Below are positions 47,225 to 58,815 of a DNA stretch of 64,000 nt, piece by piece; position 1 is the stretch's first letter; each line of letters starts with the position of its first letter. Location: the NCBI GenBank assembly GCA_964530335.1, contig CAZGYG010000006.1, positions 2,451 to 66,450 on the forward strand, read 5' to 3'. The notes below the pieces were generated by a model. It was not told where the DNA came from, made no database searches, and saw nothing but the letters and a program-made list of their open reading frames with translations. A program made the position numbers and the translations under genes. This stretch comes from an uncultured Rhodospirillaceae bacterium. Its GTDB lineage: Bacteria > Pseudomonadota > Alphaproteobacteria > SP197.

Positions 47225-48312
47225 TTACCCGAGCAAACGCGCCTTGGGCAGAGTCGCGCCGGCGATCGCCTCGGCCTTGGCGGCGAGGCTCGCGACCCTC
47301 TGGCCGAACGAGCCGAAGCGGGCGTCGGCGGTCTCGCCACGCAGCCAGCGGATGTAGATCTGCTGCAGGATGACCGCGGTGCGGAAGGTGGCGAAGCACC
47401 AGTACCAATCGACGCGCGCGCCGTCGAAGCCGGTGCGCGCCAGGTAGCGCTCGACCGCCGCCCGCCGGGTCGGGAAGCCGGGCCGGTCGGAGGGCATCGC
47501 GGTGGCGGTGCCCCAGCCTTCCGGGTCGTCGCCTTCGTTCCAGTAGTTGAGCAGGGTGCCTAGGTCGGCCAGCGGATCGCCCTGGGTGCACATGTCCCAG
47601 TCGAGCACGGCGGTGGCGACCCCCGGGTCGTCGGTGGCGACGAGCACGTTGTCGAGCTTGAAGTCGTTGTGGACCAGGGCGTGGACGGCGCCGGCCGGCC
47701 GCTCGGCGCGGAGCCAGGCGATCAGCGCCCCGAGATTGGGCGCGGCGTCGTCCTTTGCCGCCTGCCAGCGCCGTTCCCAGCCTTCGAGCTGGCGTTCGAT
47801 GAAGCCCTGGGGACGACCCAGGTCGGCCAAGTCAACGTCCGCCGGGGGCACCTTGTGCAGGTCGGCCAGGATGTCGACGATCATCGCGCCGACGCGGGCG
47901 CAGGTTTCGGGGTCGGCGAGCAGGCGGTCGGCGTTGGCCTCGCGCACGACGACGCCGTGCCTTCGTTCCATGACGTGGAACTCGGCGCCGATGATCGTTC
48001 GGTCGGCGCAATGAACGAAGCTGCGCGGCGCCAGGGGGTAGGCGCGCCACAACCGGGCCAGCACGCGGTGCTCGCGCGCCATGTCGTGGGCCGAGGGCGC
48101 GATGGTGCCGTGGGGCGGGCGGCGCAGCACGAACTCGCGCCCGCCGAAGCGCAGGAGATAGGTGAGATTGGCGTGGCCGCCGCCGAACTGGCGCACCGCG
48201 AGCGGCCCCTCGGCGCCCTCAAGATGGGCGCGCAGCCAGGGTTCGAGGCGCGTGAGGTCGAGCCGCTCGTCGGGCCGGACGTCGATGGTCTCGGGATCGT
48301 CAGCCGTCGCCA
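47225..48312 (-). CDS. Phosphotransferase-family protein (APH/ChoK-like kinase fold; ACAD10/11 N-terminal-domain homologue)
   Basis: About 362 aa from [12 protein letters not shown] with the Brenner motif [11 protein letters not shown] and a DWDM motif. Start overlaps the end of the downstream ACAD by 13 nt. Confidence 0.75.
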
Positions 48313-49523
48313 TGGCGCCAGCCGCGCCCGCTGTTGCGCGCGAGCTCGAGCCGGGCGATGGCGCGCAAGTGCACCTCGTCCGGGCCATCGACGATGCGCG
48401 TGACGCGCGCCTGGACCCAGGCGTGGGCGAGGCCGAAGTCGGGGCTGACCCCGGCGGCGCCGTGAGCCTGGATCGCCCGGTCGATGACCGCCTGGGCCAT
48501 GCGCGGCGCGGCCACCTTGATCGCCGCGATCTCGCGCCGCGCCTCCTTGTTGCCGACCGCGTCCATGCGTTCGGCGGCGTGCAGCACGAGCAACCGCGCC
48601 TGGTCGATCTCGATGCGGCTGAGCGCGATGTCGGCCTGGATCGTGCCCTGCTCGGCCAGCGGCTTGCCGAACGCGACGCGCTGCTTGACCCGCTGGCACA
48701 TGGCGGCGAGCGCGCGTTCGGCGGTGCCGATCAGGCGCATGCAGTGGTGGATGCGCCCCGGCCCGAGGCGGCCTTGCGCGATCTCGAAGCCGCGGCCCTC
48801 GCCGAGCAGCAGGTTGGTTGCCGGCACGCGAACGTTGTCGAACGCGATCTCCATGTGGCCGTGGGGCGCGTGGTCGTAGCCGAACACGCCGAGCGGCCGC
48901 ACGATCCGCACCCCCGGGGTATCGACCGGCACCAGGATCATGGCGTGGCGCTGGTGCTTCGGCGCGTCCGGGTTGGTCACGCCCATGACGATCAGGATCT
49001 GGCAGTGCGGGTGGCCGGCGCCCGAGCTCCACCACTTGCGGCCGTTGACGACGTAACTGTCGCCGTCGCGCGCGATGCTGGCGCGGATGTTGGTGGCGTC
49101 CGACGAGGCGACGTCCGGTTCGGTCATCGAGAACGCGGAACGGATCGTGCCGTCGAGCAGCGGCGTGAGCCAGCGTGCCTTTTGCGCCGCGTCGCCGTAG
49201 CGCGCCAGCACTTCCATGTTGCCGGTGTCGGGGGCGGAGCAGTTGAAGGCCTCGGGGCCGATCGGGCTCTGGCCCATGATCTCGCACAGCGGCGCGTAGT
49301 CGCGGTTCGAAAGCCCGGCGCCGTATTCGGACTCGGGCAGGAACAGGTTCCACAGCCCGGCCGCCTTGGCCCTGGCCTTGAGCGCCTCCATGACCGGCGG
49401 CTGGGTCCAGCGGCCCCGTTCGTCGAGCTCGCGCTCGAACACCGCCTCGGCCGGGAACACGTGCGCATCCATGAACGCGCCGAGGCGTTCGGCCAGGTCC
49501 GCCGGGTCGGGTCGTTCGGTCAT
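48300..49523 (-). CDS. Acyl-CoA dehydrogenase (ACAD10/ACAD11-like)
   Basis: 407 aa with ACAD domains ([14 protein letters not shown]; [14 protein letters not shown]; catalytic region ...[11 protein letters not shown]). Confidence 0.85.
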   Translation of the reverse strand: MTERPDPADLAERLGAFMDAHVFPAEAVFERELDERGRWTQPPVMEALKARAKAAGLWNLFLPESEYGAGLSNRDYAPLCEIMGQSPIGPEAFNCSAPDTGNMEVLARYGDAAQKARWLTPLLDGTIRSAFSMTEPDVASSDATNIRASIARDGDSYVVNGRKWWSSGAGHPHCQILIVMGVTNPDAPKHQRHAMILVPVDTPGVRIVRPLGVFGYDHAPHGHMEIAFDNVRVPATNLLLGEGRGFEIAQGRLGPGRIHHCMRLIGTAERALAAMCQRVKQRVAFGKPLAEQGTIQADIALSRIEIDQARLLVLHAAERMDAVGNKEARREIAAIKVAAPRMAQAVIDRAIQAHGAAGVSPDFGLAHAWVQARVTRIVDGPDEVHLRAIARLELARNSGRGWRHGDG

Positions 49524-49530
49524 CGCGTCC

Positions 49531-51591
49531 TCAAAGGGCTGCTAGCTTGACGTTCTCGCGCTTGAAGGGCGTCGTGTCGGGCATCGGGGCGCCGAGCTCG
49601 CGCGCGAAGCGATGGCCCTGCCACACGGCCGCGGCGATGATGCCGGGCCCGTAGCAATCGCCGATGCGCGCGACCCGCCTGATGCCGGCCGCCTTCAGGC
49701 GCGACGGCTTCTTGATGAGCGCGTGGTAGAGCGCGTCGTCCGGGGCCTGGGCCGTGACCATGACGACCGAGCGGCACGCCCGGCGCGTCACGCGGCCGGT
49801 GTAGACGCAGGCGAGCTCGACCGCGTCGGGTGCGACGGCGGCGAGCGAATGCCCGGCGACGATCTCGACGCCCAGCTCGATCAGCCGCTTCTGGATGCGT
49901 CCCTGCTCGAGGGTGTAGGCGGTCCAGGCCGCGACCGTCGCCTGCGTCGTGACGTAGACGACGGCGCGCCCCGCGGCCACCAGCGCCTCGGCCATCACCG
50001 AGCCCATGTAGTAGTGGTCGTCGTCGTAGACCACGACCGGGCCCTCGGGCGCCCGCCCCGCCATCACGTCGTCGGGCGTGGCGACGTTGGCGCCGTCGCT
50101 GCCCGGGATCGGGAAGCCGGTCGTGCGGCCGGTGCCGTCCTTGCGCCAGGTCGCGCCGGTGGCGATGGCGACGAGGGACGCGCCGGATTGCAGCACGTCC
50201 TCGGCGGCCATGCGGCTGCCCGGGTAGACTTCGACGTTGGTCATCTTGTTGATCTGGCCCACCCGCCAGTCGCGCACCCGGCCCCAGGTCGCGAGCCCCG
50301 GCAGCCGGCATTCGCGCGCCACCCGGCCGCCGAGCTCGCGTTCCGCCTCGGCCAAAGTCACCTTGTAGCCGCGCTGGCCGAGCCCGCGCGCCGCCTCGAG
50401 CCCGGCCGGGCCGGCGCCGACCACGAGCACGGTGTCATCGGTGTCCTTGGGAGGCATGCGTTCGGGGTGCCAGCCGCGCCGCCATTCCTCGCCCATGGTC
50501 GGGTTCTGGGTGCAGCGCATGGGCGCGTAGAACGAATCCCACGCGACGCAGATGTTGCAGCCGATGCACTCGCGGATGTCGTCGATGCGGCCTTCCTCGA
50601 TCTTCCTGGGCAGGAACGGGTCGGCGATCGAGGGCCGCGCGGCGCCGATCATGTCCATGACGCCGTTGCGGATCAGGCTGACCATGCGGTCGGGCGAGGT
50701 GTAGCGCCCGACCCCGACCACGGGCTTGGTGGTCAGCTTCTTGACGAAGTCGATGTAGGGTTCCTGGAACCCTTCGTCGGCGAAGCGGGCGGAGATCGAA
50801 TCGTTCTCCCACGCCGCGCAGTTGACGTCCCACAGGTCGGGAAGCTCGGCCAGCATGGCGACGACGTCGTGGCCCTCGGCGCCGACCGTGACGCCGCCTT
50901 CGCCGAGCAGTTCCTCGACCGCGAAGCGCACGACGACGCCGCAGGTGTCGCCGACCGCCGCCTTGGTGTCCTCGATCACCTCGCGCAACAGCCGGGCGCG
51001 GTTTTCGAGCCGGCCGCCGTACTCGTCGGTGCGGTGGTTGTGCCGGCGGGCGAGGAAGTGCATGGGCAGCGACAGGTCGTGGCCGGCGTAGACCACGACG
51101 ATGTCGAAGCCGGCGGCGCGCGCATTCAGCGCCGCCTTGCGGTGCCAGCGGCGGTAGTTGCGGATGTCGGTCTTGTCGGCGGTGCGGGCGTGGACCGGGT
51201 TGATGTAGTGGATCGGCTTGCCGGTGGGCGCGAAGGGTACTTCGCGGCTTTCCACGTTCGAGGCGTAGTAGCCCATGTGGACCAGCTCGATGCCCGCGAG
51301 CCCGCCGTGCTGGTGGACCTGATCGGCCATGCGCGCGAGGGTCGGGATGTCCTTGCGGTCCCACAGGCGTATCTCGCGGGTCGTCGCGCCGGAATGGTGG
51401 ATGTCGCACTGCTCGGTGCATACCACCGCCCAGCCGCCCTCGGCCTTGACGCCGCGCATGACCGCCATGGGCGTGGGGTAGTGGCGGCCCATGCCGTTAC
51501 AGTGCGGCACTTGGTAAAAGCGGTTCCTGGCGGTCACCGGGCCGATGCGCACCGGCTCGAACAACACGTCGTAGCGGGGATCGCGGGCCAT
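49531..51591 (-). CDS. NADH:flavin oxidoreductase / 2,4-dienoyl-CoA reductase-like Fe-S flavoprotein (OYE-like TIM barrel plus 4Fe-4S plus FAD/NAD(P) domain)
   Basis: 686 aa from [31 protein letters not shown] (OYE N-terminus), with Cys cluster [26 protein letters not shown] and a C-terminal GAGPAG Rossmann domain. The ORF track's 982-aa ORF is a read-through into the thiolase gene. Confidence 0.8.
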   Translation of the reverse strand: MARDPRYDVLFEPVRIGPVTARNRFYQVPHCNGMGRHYPTPMAVMRGVKAEGGWAVVCTEQCDIHHSGATTREIRLWDRKDIPTLARMADQVHQHGGLAGIELVHMGYYASNVESREVPFAPTGKPIHYINPVHARTADKTDIRNYRRWHRKAALNARAAGFDIVVVYAGHDLSLPMHFLARRHNHRTDEYGGRLENRARLLREVIEDTKAAVGDTCGVVVRFAVEELLGEGGVTVGAEGHDVVAMLAELPDLWDVNCAAWENDSISARFADEGFQEPYIDFVKKLTTKPVVGVGRYTSPDRMVSLIRNGVMDMIGAARPSIADPFLPRKIEEGRIDDIRECIGCNICVAWDSFYAPMRCTQNPTMGEEWRRGWHPERMPPKDTDDTVLVVGAGPAGLEAARGLGQRGYKVTLAEAERELGGRVARECRLPGLATWGRVRDWRVGQINKMTNVEVYPGSRMAAEDVLQSGASLVAIATGATWRKDGTGRTTGFPIPGSDGANVATPDDVMAGRAPEGPVVVYDDDHYYMGSVMAEALVAAGRAVVYVTTQATVAAWTAYTLEQGRIQKRLIELGVEIVAGHSLAAVAPDAVELACVYTGRVTRRACRSVVMVTAQAPDDALYHALIKKPSRLKAAGIRRVARIGDCYGPGIIAAAVWQGHRFARELGAPMPDTTPFKRENVKLAAL

Positions 51592-52772
51592 CAACGCACC
51601 TCGAACAGACCGGCCATGCCCATGCCGCCGCCGATGCACATGGTGACGACGACGCGCTTCGCGCCGCGCCGGCGGCCCTCGATCAGGGCGTGCCCGGTCA
51701 TGCGCGCCCCCGACATGCCGTACGGATGCCCGATGGCGATCGCCCCGCCATCGACGTTGAGCACGTCGGCGGAGATGCCCAGGCGATCGCGGCAGTAAAC
51801 GACCTGCACGGCGAACGCCTCGTTGAGCTCCCACAGGTCGATGTCGTCGATGCCAAGCCCGTGGCGTTCGAGCAGGCGTGGCACCGCGAACACCGGGCCT
51901 ATGCCCATTTCGTCGGGCTCGAGCCCGGCGACCGCCATGCCGCGGTAGACGCCGAGCGGCTCGAGCCCGCGCTTTTCGGCGAGCTTGGCGTCCATCACGA
52001 CGCACGCCGAGGCGCCGTCGGACAATTGCGAGGCGTTGCCCGCCGTGATCGTGTAACCGGGCCCGCGCACGGGTTCGAGCTTGGCCAGGCCCTCGGGCGT
52101 GGTGTCGGGCCGGTTGCCCTCGTCCTTGCCGAGCGTGACCTCCTCGAGGCGCGTGGTCCCGCTCGCCTTGTCGGCGACCTCCTTGACCGTCGGCAGGGGC
52201 ACGATCTCGGCGTCGAACCGCCTGGCCTGTTGCGCCGCCGCGGTCCGCCGCTGGCTTTCGAGCGCGTAGGCGTCCTGCGCCTCGCGCCCGACGCCGTAGC
52301 GCTTGGCGACGATTTCGGCCGTGTCGATCATCGGCATATGCAGGTTGGGCGCGTGCAGGGCGAGCCACGGTTCCTCGCGGTGCGTCGCGTTGGTGGCCGG
52401 CTGGACCAGGCTGATCTGCTCGATACCGCCGGCCACCATGATCGGCACGCCATCGACGATGACCCGGTGCGCCGCGCACGAAATGGCCTGAAGCCCCGAG
52501 GAGCAGTAGCGGTTGATCGTGGTGCCCGAGGTCGTCACCGGCAGCCCGGCGCGCAGCGCCGCCTGGCGGGCGTGGTTGAACCCGGTCGCCCCTTCGGGCA
52601 GGCCGCAGCCGACGATGACGTCCTCGACCTCGGCGGGCTCGACGCCGGCGCGCGCGACCGCGTGTTGGATGGCGTGGCCCATCAGCGTCGCGCCGTGGGT
52701 GCGGTTGAACGCGCCCCGGAACGCCTTGCCGATCGGCGTGCGCGCGGTCGAGACGATGACGGCTTCAGGCAT
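51591..52772 (-). CDS. Acetyl-CoA C-acyltransferase (thiolase II family)
   Basis: 393 aa with the active-site Cys ([12 protein letters not shown]), NEAFA, and a C-terminal CIGGGMG. Confidence 0.85.
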   Translation of the reverse strand: MPEAVIVSTARTPIGKAFRGAFNRTHGATLMGHAIQHAVARAGVEPAEVEDVIVGCGLPEGATGFNHARQAALRAGLPVTTSGTTINRYCSSGLQAISCAAHRVIVDGVPIMVAGGIEQISLVQPATNATHREEPWLALHAPNLHMPMIDTAEIVAKRYGVGREAQDAYALESQRRTAAAQQARRFDAEIVPLPTVKEVADKASGTTRLEEVTLGKDEGNRPDTTPEGLAKLEPVRGPGYTITAGNASQLSDGASACVVMDAKLAEKRGLEPLGVYRGMAVAGLEPDEMGIGPVFAVPRLLERHGLGIDDIDLWELNEAFAVQVVYCRDRLGISADVLNVDGGAIAIGHPYGMSGARMTGHALIEGRRRGAKRVVVTMCIGGGMGMAGLFEVR

Positions 52773-54876
52773 CGGCGCCCTCCCCCTTGTTGTCCAGGTC
52801 GGCGAAGCGCCGGCCCTCGGCCACGAGCCGGGCGAGCAGCGGCGCCGGCTGCCAGTAATCGTGGCTCTTGCCGAACCGCTCGATCGCCGCCAGCACCTTG
52901 GGCAACCCGACCGTGTCGGCCCAGAACATCGGCCCGCCGCGCCACGCCGGAAAGGCGTAGCCGTTGATCCAGACGATGTCGATGTCGCCGGCGCGCAGCG
53001 CGATGCCCTCGTCCAGGATGCGCGCGCCTTCGTTGACCAGCGGATAGAGACAACGTTCGACGATCTCGTCGCCGGAGACGTCGCGGCGCTGGATGCCCCG
53101 CTCCTTCGCCGCCTGGGCGATGACCTGGTCCACGAACGGATCGGGGATCGGCGTGCGGTCGCCCTTTTCGTAACGGTAGTAGCCGGCACCGGTCTTCTGG
53201 CCAAACCGGCCCGCCTCGCACAGGCGATCGGCGACCGGCGAGGAGCGTTTCGATGGGTCGCGCTTGTCGGCGTTCGCCTTGCGCTTGCGCCAGCCGACGT
53301 CGAGCCCGGCCAGATCGCCGACCGCGAACGGCCCCATGGGGAAGCCGAAGCCGGTGATCGCCGCGTCGACGTGCGTGGGCGAGGCGCCCTCCTCCAGGAG
53401 AAACGCGGCCTCGCGGAAATAGCCTTCGAGCATGCGGTTGCCGATGAAGCCGTGGCACACCCCGGCGACCACGGGAACCTTGCGCATGCGCCGGCCGAGC
53501 TCGATCACCGTGGCCAGCGTCGTCGGGCTCGCGGTCCTGGCGCGCACGATCTCGAGCAGGCGCATGACGTTGGCTGGGCTGAAGAAGTGGGTGCCGAGCA
53601 CGTCGCCGGCGCGGCCCGGCACGGTCGCCGCGATATCGTCGACGTTGAGGTACGAGGTGTTGGTGGCCAGGATCGCGCCGGGCTTGCACGTGGCGTCGAG
53701 ACGTTGAAACACGTCGAGCTTGATCGGCATGTCCTCGAACACCGCTTCGATCACCATGTCCGCGTCGGCGAAGGCCGCGAGGTCGGAGACCGGCTGGATC
53801 AGGGCGAGCGCCTTGTCCGCCGCGTCCTTGGCCAGCGAACCGCGCGCCACCGACCCGGCGTAGTTCTTGCCGATGGTCGCCATGCCGCGGGCGAGCGCCG
53901 CCGGGTCGCTGTCGAACAGCTTCACCGGGATGCCCGCGTTGGCGAAGTTCATGGCGATGCCGGCGCCCATGGTGCCCGAGCCCGCGACGGCGGCCCTGGC
54001 GATCGGCTTGCGCGCCGTGTCCTTGGCGACGCCGGGCACCTTGCCCACCGCGCGTTCGGCGAAGAAGACGTGGCGCAGCGCGCGGGATTCGTCCGACGCC
54101 ATGCACGCCTCGAACAGCTCGCGCTCGCGCTTGACGCCATCGTCGAACGGCCGGTCGACGGCGGCCTCGACGCATTCGATGCACGCGAACGGCGCGCGCT
54201 GGCCGCGTGCGCGTTTGGCCACGCGCTCGCGCATGGCGGCGATCGCGTCGGGAGCGGCGGCCGCCTGGCGGTCGCGCGCGCGCGGGTGCGGCCCGCCGGC
54301 CTTGACCCGCGCCTCGGCGAAGGCGACCGCGCCCGCTTGGAAATCGCCATCGATCACCGCGTCGATGGCGCCCATGGCGTGGGCCTTCGCCGCCGGCACC
54401 GGGTTGCCCTCGACGATGACCGGCAGCGCCGCCGCGACCCCGACCAGGCGGGGCCAGCGCTGGGTGCCGCCGGCGCCTGGCGGGAACCCCAGCTTGACCT
54501 CCGGCTGGCCGACCGCGGCGTCGGGACTGGCCACCCGGTAGTGGCAGCCGAGCGCGATCTCCATGCCGCCGCCGAGACAACTGCCCCGGAGGGCGGCGAC
54601 GACGGGCTTGGGGCTGGCCTCGAACGCGACGATCACGTCGCGCAGCGTCGGTTCGCCCTTGGGCCACGGCTTGCCGAACATGCGGATGTCGGCGCCGGCG
54701 ATGGTGCCCGCCCCGCCGCCCCGGAACACGATGGCCTTCACGCGACCGTCGGCAAGCGCCTCGTTCAGCCGGGCGATGATCGCCCCGGGCACGCCAGGGC
54801 TCATGGCGTTGACCGGCGGGTTGTCCACCGTGACGACCGCGACGGTCCCCTCGCGCGTCAGACTCGCGCCCGCCAT
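52765..54876 (-). CDS. Multifunctional fatty-acid oxidation protein (enoyl-CoA hydratase plus 3-hydroxyacyl-CoA dehydrogenase; FadB/FadJ-like)
   Basis: About 703 aa from [24 protein letters not shown] (crotonase domain) plus a 3HCDH NAD-binding domain ([24 protein letters not shown]) and C-terminal 3HCDH repeats. Confidence 0.85.
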   Translation of the reverse strand: MAGASLTREGTVAVVTVDNPPVNAMSPGVPGAIIARLNEALADGRVKAIVFRGGGAGTIAGADIRMFGKPWPKGEPTLRDVIVAFEASPKPVVAALRGSCLGGGMEIALGCHYRVASPDAAVGQPEVKLGFPPGAGGTQRWPRLVGVAAALPVIVEGNPVPAAKAHAMGAIDAVIDGDFQAGAVAFAEARVKAGGPHPRARDRQAAAAPDAIAAMRERVAKRARGQRAPFACIECVEAAVDRPFDDGVKRERELFEACMASDESRALRHVFFAERAVGKVPGVAKDTARKPIARAAVAGSGTMGAGIAMNFANAGIPVKLFDSDPAALARGMATIGKNYAGSVARGSLAKDAADKALALIQPVSDLAAFADADMVIEAVFEDMPIKLDVFQRLDATCKPGAILATNTSYLNVDDIAATVPGRAGDVLGTHFFSPANVMRLLEIVRARTASPTTLATVIELGRRMRKVPVVAGVCHGFIGNRMLEGYFREAAFLLEEGASPTHVDAAITGFGFPMGPFAVGDLAGLDVGWRKRKANADKRDPSKRSSPVADRLCEAGRFGQKTGAGYYRYEKGDRTPIPDPFVDQVIAQAAKERGIQRRDVSGDEIVERCLYPLVNEGARILDEGIALRAGDIDIVWINGYAFPAWRGGPMFWADTVGLPKVLAAIERFGKSHDYWQPAPLLARLVAEGRRFADLDNKGEGADA

Positions 54877-54925
54877 GCCCGCTGCCTCCCCCCTGCCGGT
54901 TCCATGAGTACCCCGGCGGCAAGCC

Positions 54926-55669
54926 CTAGCCAAGCGGGCCGGCGAGGTCGAGCGCCGCCCCGTCGCGCAGGATCGCCTCGGCGGCCTCGGTGTAGCGCCC
55001 GTCGGCCCGGTGCAGGACCAGGCCGGGCGCGAGCACGAGCGGCGCGCGCCGCCCGGGGCGGGCGCGCACCAGCACCCGCTTCGCCGCCGCGCCGTCGCGC
55101 GGCCACAGCGGAAACACCACGATCGACCCTGCCCGCCCCGCGAGCGCGGCGAGCACGTCGTCGAGCCGATCGGCGCGCTGGATCGCCGTGAGCGTGCCCC
55201 CGGGCCGCACCAGCGCGAGACAATGCTCGACCCAGCGCGCGAGCCCGACATCGGGATGCTCGACGGTGGCCGCGGACCGACGGGTTCGCGCGGCACGCTG
55301 GGGCGGCAGGTACGGCGGGTTGGTCAGCACGTGATCAACCGAGCCCGGGCCGAGGGCGGCGGGCCAGCGGCCGCCGACGACCCCGACCTTGAACCGCACC
55401 CGGTCGACCGCGCCGTTGCGCCGGGCGTTGGCGCGCGCCATGCGCGCCAGCGCGGCGTCGCGATCGACGCCGACGACGCGAACGCCGGGCACGCGCCGGG
55501 CGAGGCAGAGCGCCGCCGCGCCGACGCCGCAGCCGATGTCGAGGGCGAGTTCGCCCGCGCGCGCCGGCACCGCCGCGGCGAGCAGCACCGTATCCGTCGT
55601 GGCGGCGAGCGCGCCATCGGGCTCGGTGATCGCGACCCGGCCGCCGAGCAATGTGTAACCGCGCGTCAC
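54926..55669 (-). CDS. Class I SAM-dependent methyltransferase with NPPY motif (tRNA m6A / TrmN6-YfiC-like)
   Basis: 247 aa with SAM-binding LDIGCGVGAAAL and amino-methyltransferase motif LTNPPY. Confidence 0.7.
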   Translation of the reverse strand: MTRGYTLLGGRVAITEPDGALAATTDTVLLAAAVPARAGELALDIGCGVGAAALCLARRVPGVRVVGVDRDAALARMARANARRNGAVDRVRFKVGVVGGRWPAALGPGSVDHVLTNPPYLPPQRAARTRRSAATVEHPDVGLARWVEHCLALVRPGGTLTAIQRADRLDDVLAALAGRAGSIVVFPLWPRDGAAAKRVLVRARPGRRAPLVLAPGLVLHRADGRYTEAAEAILRDGAALDLAGPLG

Positions 55670-55884
55670 GGGGCGCCGTCGAGCTCGCCGGCTGCGTCGA
55701 GCACGCGCCGGGCGGCGGCCGCGTCGGAGTCACCGACGACGAGCCGGCGCGGCAGCGCGCCGATGCTGCCCTCGAGGTTGCTGGTGTGACCGTCGAGCAC
55801 CGTGGCTTCGATCCCGGCGTCCTTGAGGAGCGCGATCAGCCACGACAGCCGGACGAGATCGTTGGTGCGCAGGAGTTCGATCAT
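55666..55884 (-). CDS. DUF2007-domain protein
   Basis: 72 aa (MIELLRTNDLVRLSWLIALLKDAGIEATVLDGHTS...) fits the DUF2007 / putative signal-transducing small-protein pattern. Overlaps the downstream MTase start by 4 nt. Confidence 0.6.
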   Translation of the reverse strand: MIELLRTNDLVRLSWLIALLKDAGIEATVLDGHTSNLEGSIGALPRRLVVGDSDAAAARRVLDAAGELDGAP

Positions 55885-55985
55885 GGCGCCGACAGGAAAC
55901 CGGCGCGGCCTTGTGGACGCAAGTCCCTCTGTTATGCTGGCGTCGCCGTGGGGGCCGCATACGTCGGCACGGAAGGGGGTCCAGC

Positions 55986-57011
55986 GTGTCCGTGATCGAG
56001 ACCGCCGAGGACGGGCGCACGCGAGCCGCGACGGCCGCGACGCTCGACCGGCTTCACGCCCTGGTGGCGGAGGACCTGCAGGCGGTCAACCGCGTCATCC
56101 TCGAGCGCATGCACAGCCCGGTCGCCCTGATCCCGCAGCTCGCCGGGCACATCATCGCCGCCGGCGGCAAGCGCGTGCGCCCGATGCTGACCCTGCTGTC
56201 CGCGCGGCTGTGCGGCTATCGCGGGCGCCGGCACGTCGCGCTGGCGGCGTGCGTCGAGTTCATCCATACCGCGACGCTGCTGCACGACGACGTGGTCGAC
56301 GAAAGCGATCTTCGACGCGGCAGCGCCACCGCCAACGCGCTGTGGGGCAACAAGGCGAGCGTGCTGGTCGGCGATTTCCTGTTCAGCCGCTCGTTCCTGC
56401 TCATGGTCGAGGACGGTTCGCTCAAGGTGCTCGGCATCCTGGCCGACGCGGCGGCGGTGATCGCCGAGGGCGAGGTGTTGCAGCTCACCACCGCCAACGA
56501 CGTGACCACCGACGAGGACGCGTACATGGCGGTGATCAGCGCCAAGACCGCCAAGCTGTTCGCCGCGGCGTGCCGGCTGGGCGCCGTGGTCGCCGACCGC
56601 CCGGCGGCCGAGGAACAGGCGTTGCAGAGCTACGGCCAGAACCTGGGCACCGCGTTCCAGCTCGTCGACGACGCGCTCGATTACTCGGCGCGCGAGGCCG
56701 AGCTCGGCAAGCGCATCGGCGACGACTTCCGCGACGGCAAGATCACGCTGCCCGTGGTCCTGGCGTACCGGCGCGGCAGCGAGGCCGAGCGGCGGTTCTG
56801 GCGCCGCACGCTCGAGGACCGCGAGATCGACGACGCCGACCTGGCCGAGGCGATCCGCCTGTTGGAAGGGCATGGCACCACGGCCGACACCATCGACCGG
56901 GCGCGGCATTTCGCCAAGGTGGCCAAGGACGCGCTGGCCCTGTTCGAGGACGGCGTGGAAAAGGGCGCATTGCTCGACCTGCTCGATTTCGTCGTCGAGC
57001 GGGCGCACTGA
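55986..57011 (+). CDS. ispB: Polyprenyl (octaprenyl/decaprenyl) diphosphate synthase
   Basis: FARM motif LLHDDVVDESDLRRG, second Asp-rich motif FQLVDDALDY, about 340 aa, GTG start. Confidence 0.8.
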   Translation: MSVIETAEDGRTRAATAATLDRLHALVAEDLQAVNRVILERMHSPVALIPQLAGHIIAAGGKRVRPMLTLLSARLCGYRGRRHVALAACVEFIHTATLLHDDVVDESDLRRGSATANALWGNKASVLVGDFLFSRSFLLMVEDGSLKVLGILADAAAVIAEGEVLQLTTANDVTTDEDAYMAVISAKTAKLFAAACRLGAVVADRPAAEEQALQSYGQNLGTAFQLVDDALDYSAREAELGKRIGDDFRDGKITLPVVLAYRRGSEAERRFWRRTLEDREIDDADLAEAIRLLEGHGTTADTIDRARHFAKVAKDALALFEDGVEKGALLDLLDFVVERAH

Positions 57012-57019
57012 GAAGCGCT

Positions 57020-57745
57020 ATGGCCGCGGCCAAGACAAAGGGGTGCGCCATCGTCGTCGGCGTCGGCGGTGGGCTGGGCGCCGCGCTCGTCCGCCGTTTC
57101 GCCGCCGAGGGCCTGGCGGTCGTTGCCTCGGCGCGCAGTGGCGATACCATCGAAGCCTTGGCCCGGGCGGCCAAGAAGGCGGGCCAGAGCGTGCACGCGG
57201 TCAAGGCGGATGCGACCGACGAGGCCGACGTGCGCCGCCTGTTCGAGGCGGCCGAGGCGAAGTGCGGCGTGCCCGAGCTGGTCGTCTATAACGCCGGCGC
57301 GTTCCGGCCGAAGTCGATCCTGGAGACCACCGTCGAGGACGTGGAGACGTGCTTTCGCACCGGCGCCCTGGGCGGCTTCCTGGTCGGGCGCGAGGCGGCC
57401 CGGCGCATGGTCGAACACGGCGCGGGCACGATCGTCTTCACCGGCGCGACGGCTTCGCTGCGCGGCAGCGCGCGCTTCTTCAACCTGGCGGTCGGCAAGT
57501 TCGCGCTGCGCGCGCTGGCCCAGAGCATGGCGCGCGAGCTTGGGCCTAAGGGCGTGCATGTCGCCCACGTCATCATCGACGGCCAGATCGCCGGCCCCTA
57601 CTACGCGAAGCTCAAGGCCGAGCGCGGCCCCGACGCCCTGCTCGAACCCGACGCGCTCGCCGACATCTATTGGGGGCTGCACCGCCAGCACCGCAGCGCC
57701 TGGACGCTCGAACTCGACGCGCGCCCGTGGGTCGAGAAGTTCTAG
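57020..57745 (+). CDS. SDR-family oxidoreductase (short, about 241 aa)
   Basis: AIVVGVGGGLGAAL Rossmann motif, NAGA. Confidence 0.65.
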   Translation: MAAAKTKGCAIVVGVGGGLGAALVRRFAAEGLAVVASARSGDTIEALARAAKKAGQSVHAVKADATDEADVRRLFEAAEAKCGVPELVVYNAGAFRPKSILETTVEDVETCFRTGALGGFLVGREAARRMVEHGAGTIVFTGATASLRGSARFFNLAVGKFALRALAQSMARELGPKGVHVAHVIIDGQIAGPYYAKLKAERGPDALLEPDALADIYWGLHRQHRSAWTLELDARPWVEKF

Positions 57746-57766
57746 GCGGGCGCCAACACTTCTCGC

Positions 57767-58009
57767 TTGACTACGGCAATTGGATACGGCACGATATGCC
57801 GTATGAATGATACGCAGAAGGTTACGGCTCACCTCCCGATGGAGTTGCTGCGGCGCGCGCAGGCGGTGACCCATACGGGGATCACGGAAACCTTGCGCCG
57901 CGCGCTTGACATGCTCGTGGAGGGGCAGGCGGCCGACGAACTTCGTGCGTTGCGCGGCAAAGTCCACCTCAAGATCGACCTGCGCGAGTTGCGCAAGGAC
58001 AGGCGTTGA
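57767..58009 (+). CDS. vapB: VapB-type type II antitoxin (start may be the ATG at 57803, giving 68 aa)
   Basis: Small basic/acidic protein MNDTQKVTAHLPMELLRRAQAVTHTGITETLRRALDMLVEG... Its stop overlaps the PIN toxin start (TTGA). Confidence 0.7.
   Translation: MTTAIGYGTICRMNDTQKVTAHLPMELLRRAQAVTHTGITETLRRALDMLVEGQAADELRALRGKVHLKIDLRELRKDRR
57784..57804 (+). promoter_or_regulatory. Palindromic operator-like site overlapping the vapB start codon
   Basis: atacggca-cgata-tgccgtat, perfect 8-bp inverted arms with a 5-nt spacer. The ATG of MNDTQK... lies in the right arm. TTGACT at 57766-57771 is a possible -35. Confidence 0.5.
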
Positions 58010-58392
58010 TCGCCGTCGACACCAGCACGTTGATCGCGTTTCTGGCGGGCGAGCCCGGCGACGACGTGGAGGCGCTTGATCGAGCACTCGCTGACCGTGA
58101 AGCGCGGCTGCCTCCGGTCGTCGTTACCGAAGTCTTGAGTCCCCCGGACGTGACGACTCAGATGGTTGATCTGCTGCGCCGGCTGCCCAAGCTCGCGGTG
58201 ATCGATGGATTCTGGGAACGTTCCGGGCGAACGCGAAGCAAGCTGCTAAGCCATGGGATGAGGGCCGCCATCGCCGACACGTTGATATGTCAGTCCTGCC
58301 TCGACCACGACCTGCCGCTTCTCACCCGCGATGACGACTTCAAATCCTTCGCGCGGCATTGCGGACTGAAACTCGCCGACGGCAGCCCATAA
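58006..58392 (+). CDS. vapC: VapC PIN-domain ribonuclease toxin
   Basis: 128 aa with PIN acidic residues (MIAVDTS...; ...VVTEVL...; ...TRDDDF...). Confidence 0.8.
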   Translation: MIAVDTSTLIAFLAGEPGDDVEALDRALADREARLPPVVVTEVLSPPDVTTQMVDLLRRLPKLAVIDGFWERSGRTRSKLLSHGMRAAIADTLICQSCLDHDLPLLTRDDDFKSFARHCGLKLADGSP

Positions 58393-58417
58393 TCGGACAC
58401 CGACAACGAGGCACCGG

Positions 58418-58723
58418 TCAGTGGCCCTCGGCCTTAGCCTGGGCGGCGGCGAAGGTTGCCTTGGCCTCGGCGCTCGCTTCCTTCTGGTGCTTGGCCTGCC
58501 AGTCCTTGTAGGGCATGCCGTAGATGGTCTCGCGCGCGCCATCGTAGTTGATCGCCTGGCCGCGCTCCTGGGCGGCGGCGGCGTACCACTTGGCCAGGCA
58601 GTTGCGGCAGAACCCGGCCAGGTTCATCACGTCGATGTTCTGCACGTCGGTGCGCTGGCGGAAGTGATCGACCATGCGGCGGAACACCGCCGCCTCGATC
58701 TCGGTGCGGGTCTTGTCGTCCAT
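58418..58723 (-). CDS. DUF1244-domain protein
   Basis: 101 aa (MDDKTRTEIEAAVFRRMVDHFRQRTDVQNIDVMNLAGFCRNCLAKWY), matching the conserved DUF1244 CxxC region. Confidence 0.65.
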   Translation of the reverse strand: MDDKTRTEIEAAVFRRMVDHFRQRTDVQNIDVMNLAGFCRNCLAKWYAAAAQERGQAINYDGARETIYGMPYKDWQAKHQKEASAEAKATFAAAQAKAEGH

Positions 58724-58815
58724 GGCGGGCCTCCTTAGTTACGGCTCATGTGGGGGTGCGGCGGCCCCCTTCCTAGCCCTATGCTGCCGCCGAACGCCCA
58801 TTCCCGCCAGAGCGC

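Noticed and set aside
49531-52479. 982-aa ORF suggesting a fused reductase-thiolase protein
   Set aside because: It is a read-through in the ORF track. The OYE-type reductase has a clear N-terminus at Met 51591 ([18 protein letters not shown]...), and the upstream part is the thiolase gene in another frame.
57766-57800. Sigma-70 promoter for vapBC (TTGACT-N-GATATG)
   Set aside because: The spacer would be 19-21 nt and the -10 is weak. Only the palindromic operator is reported.
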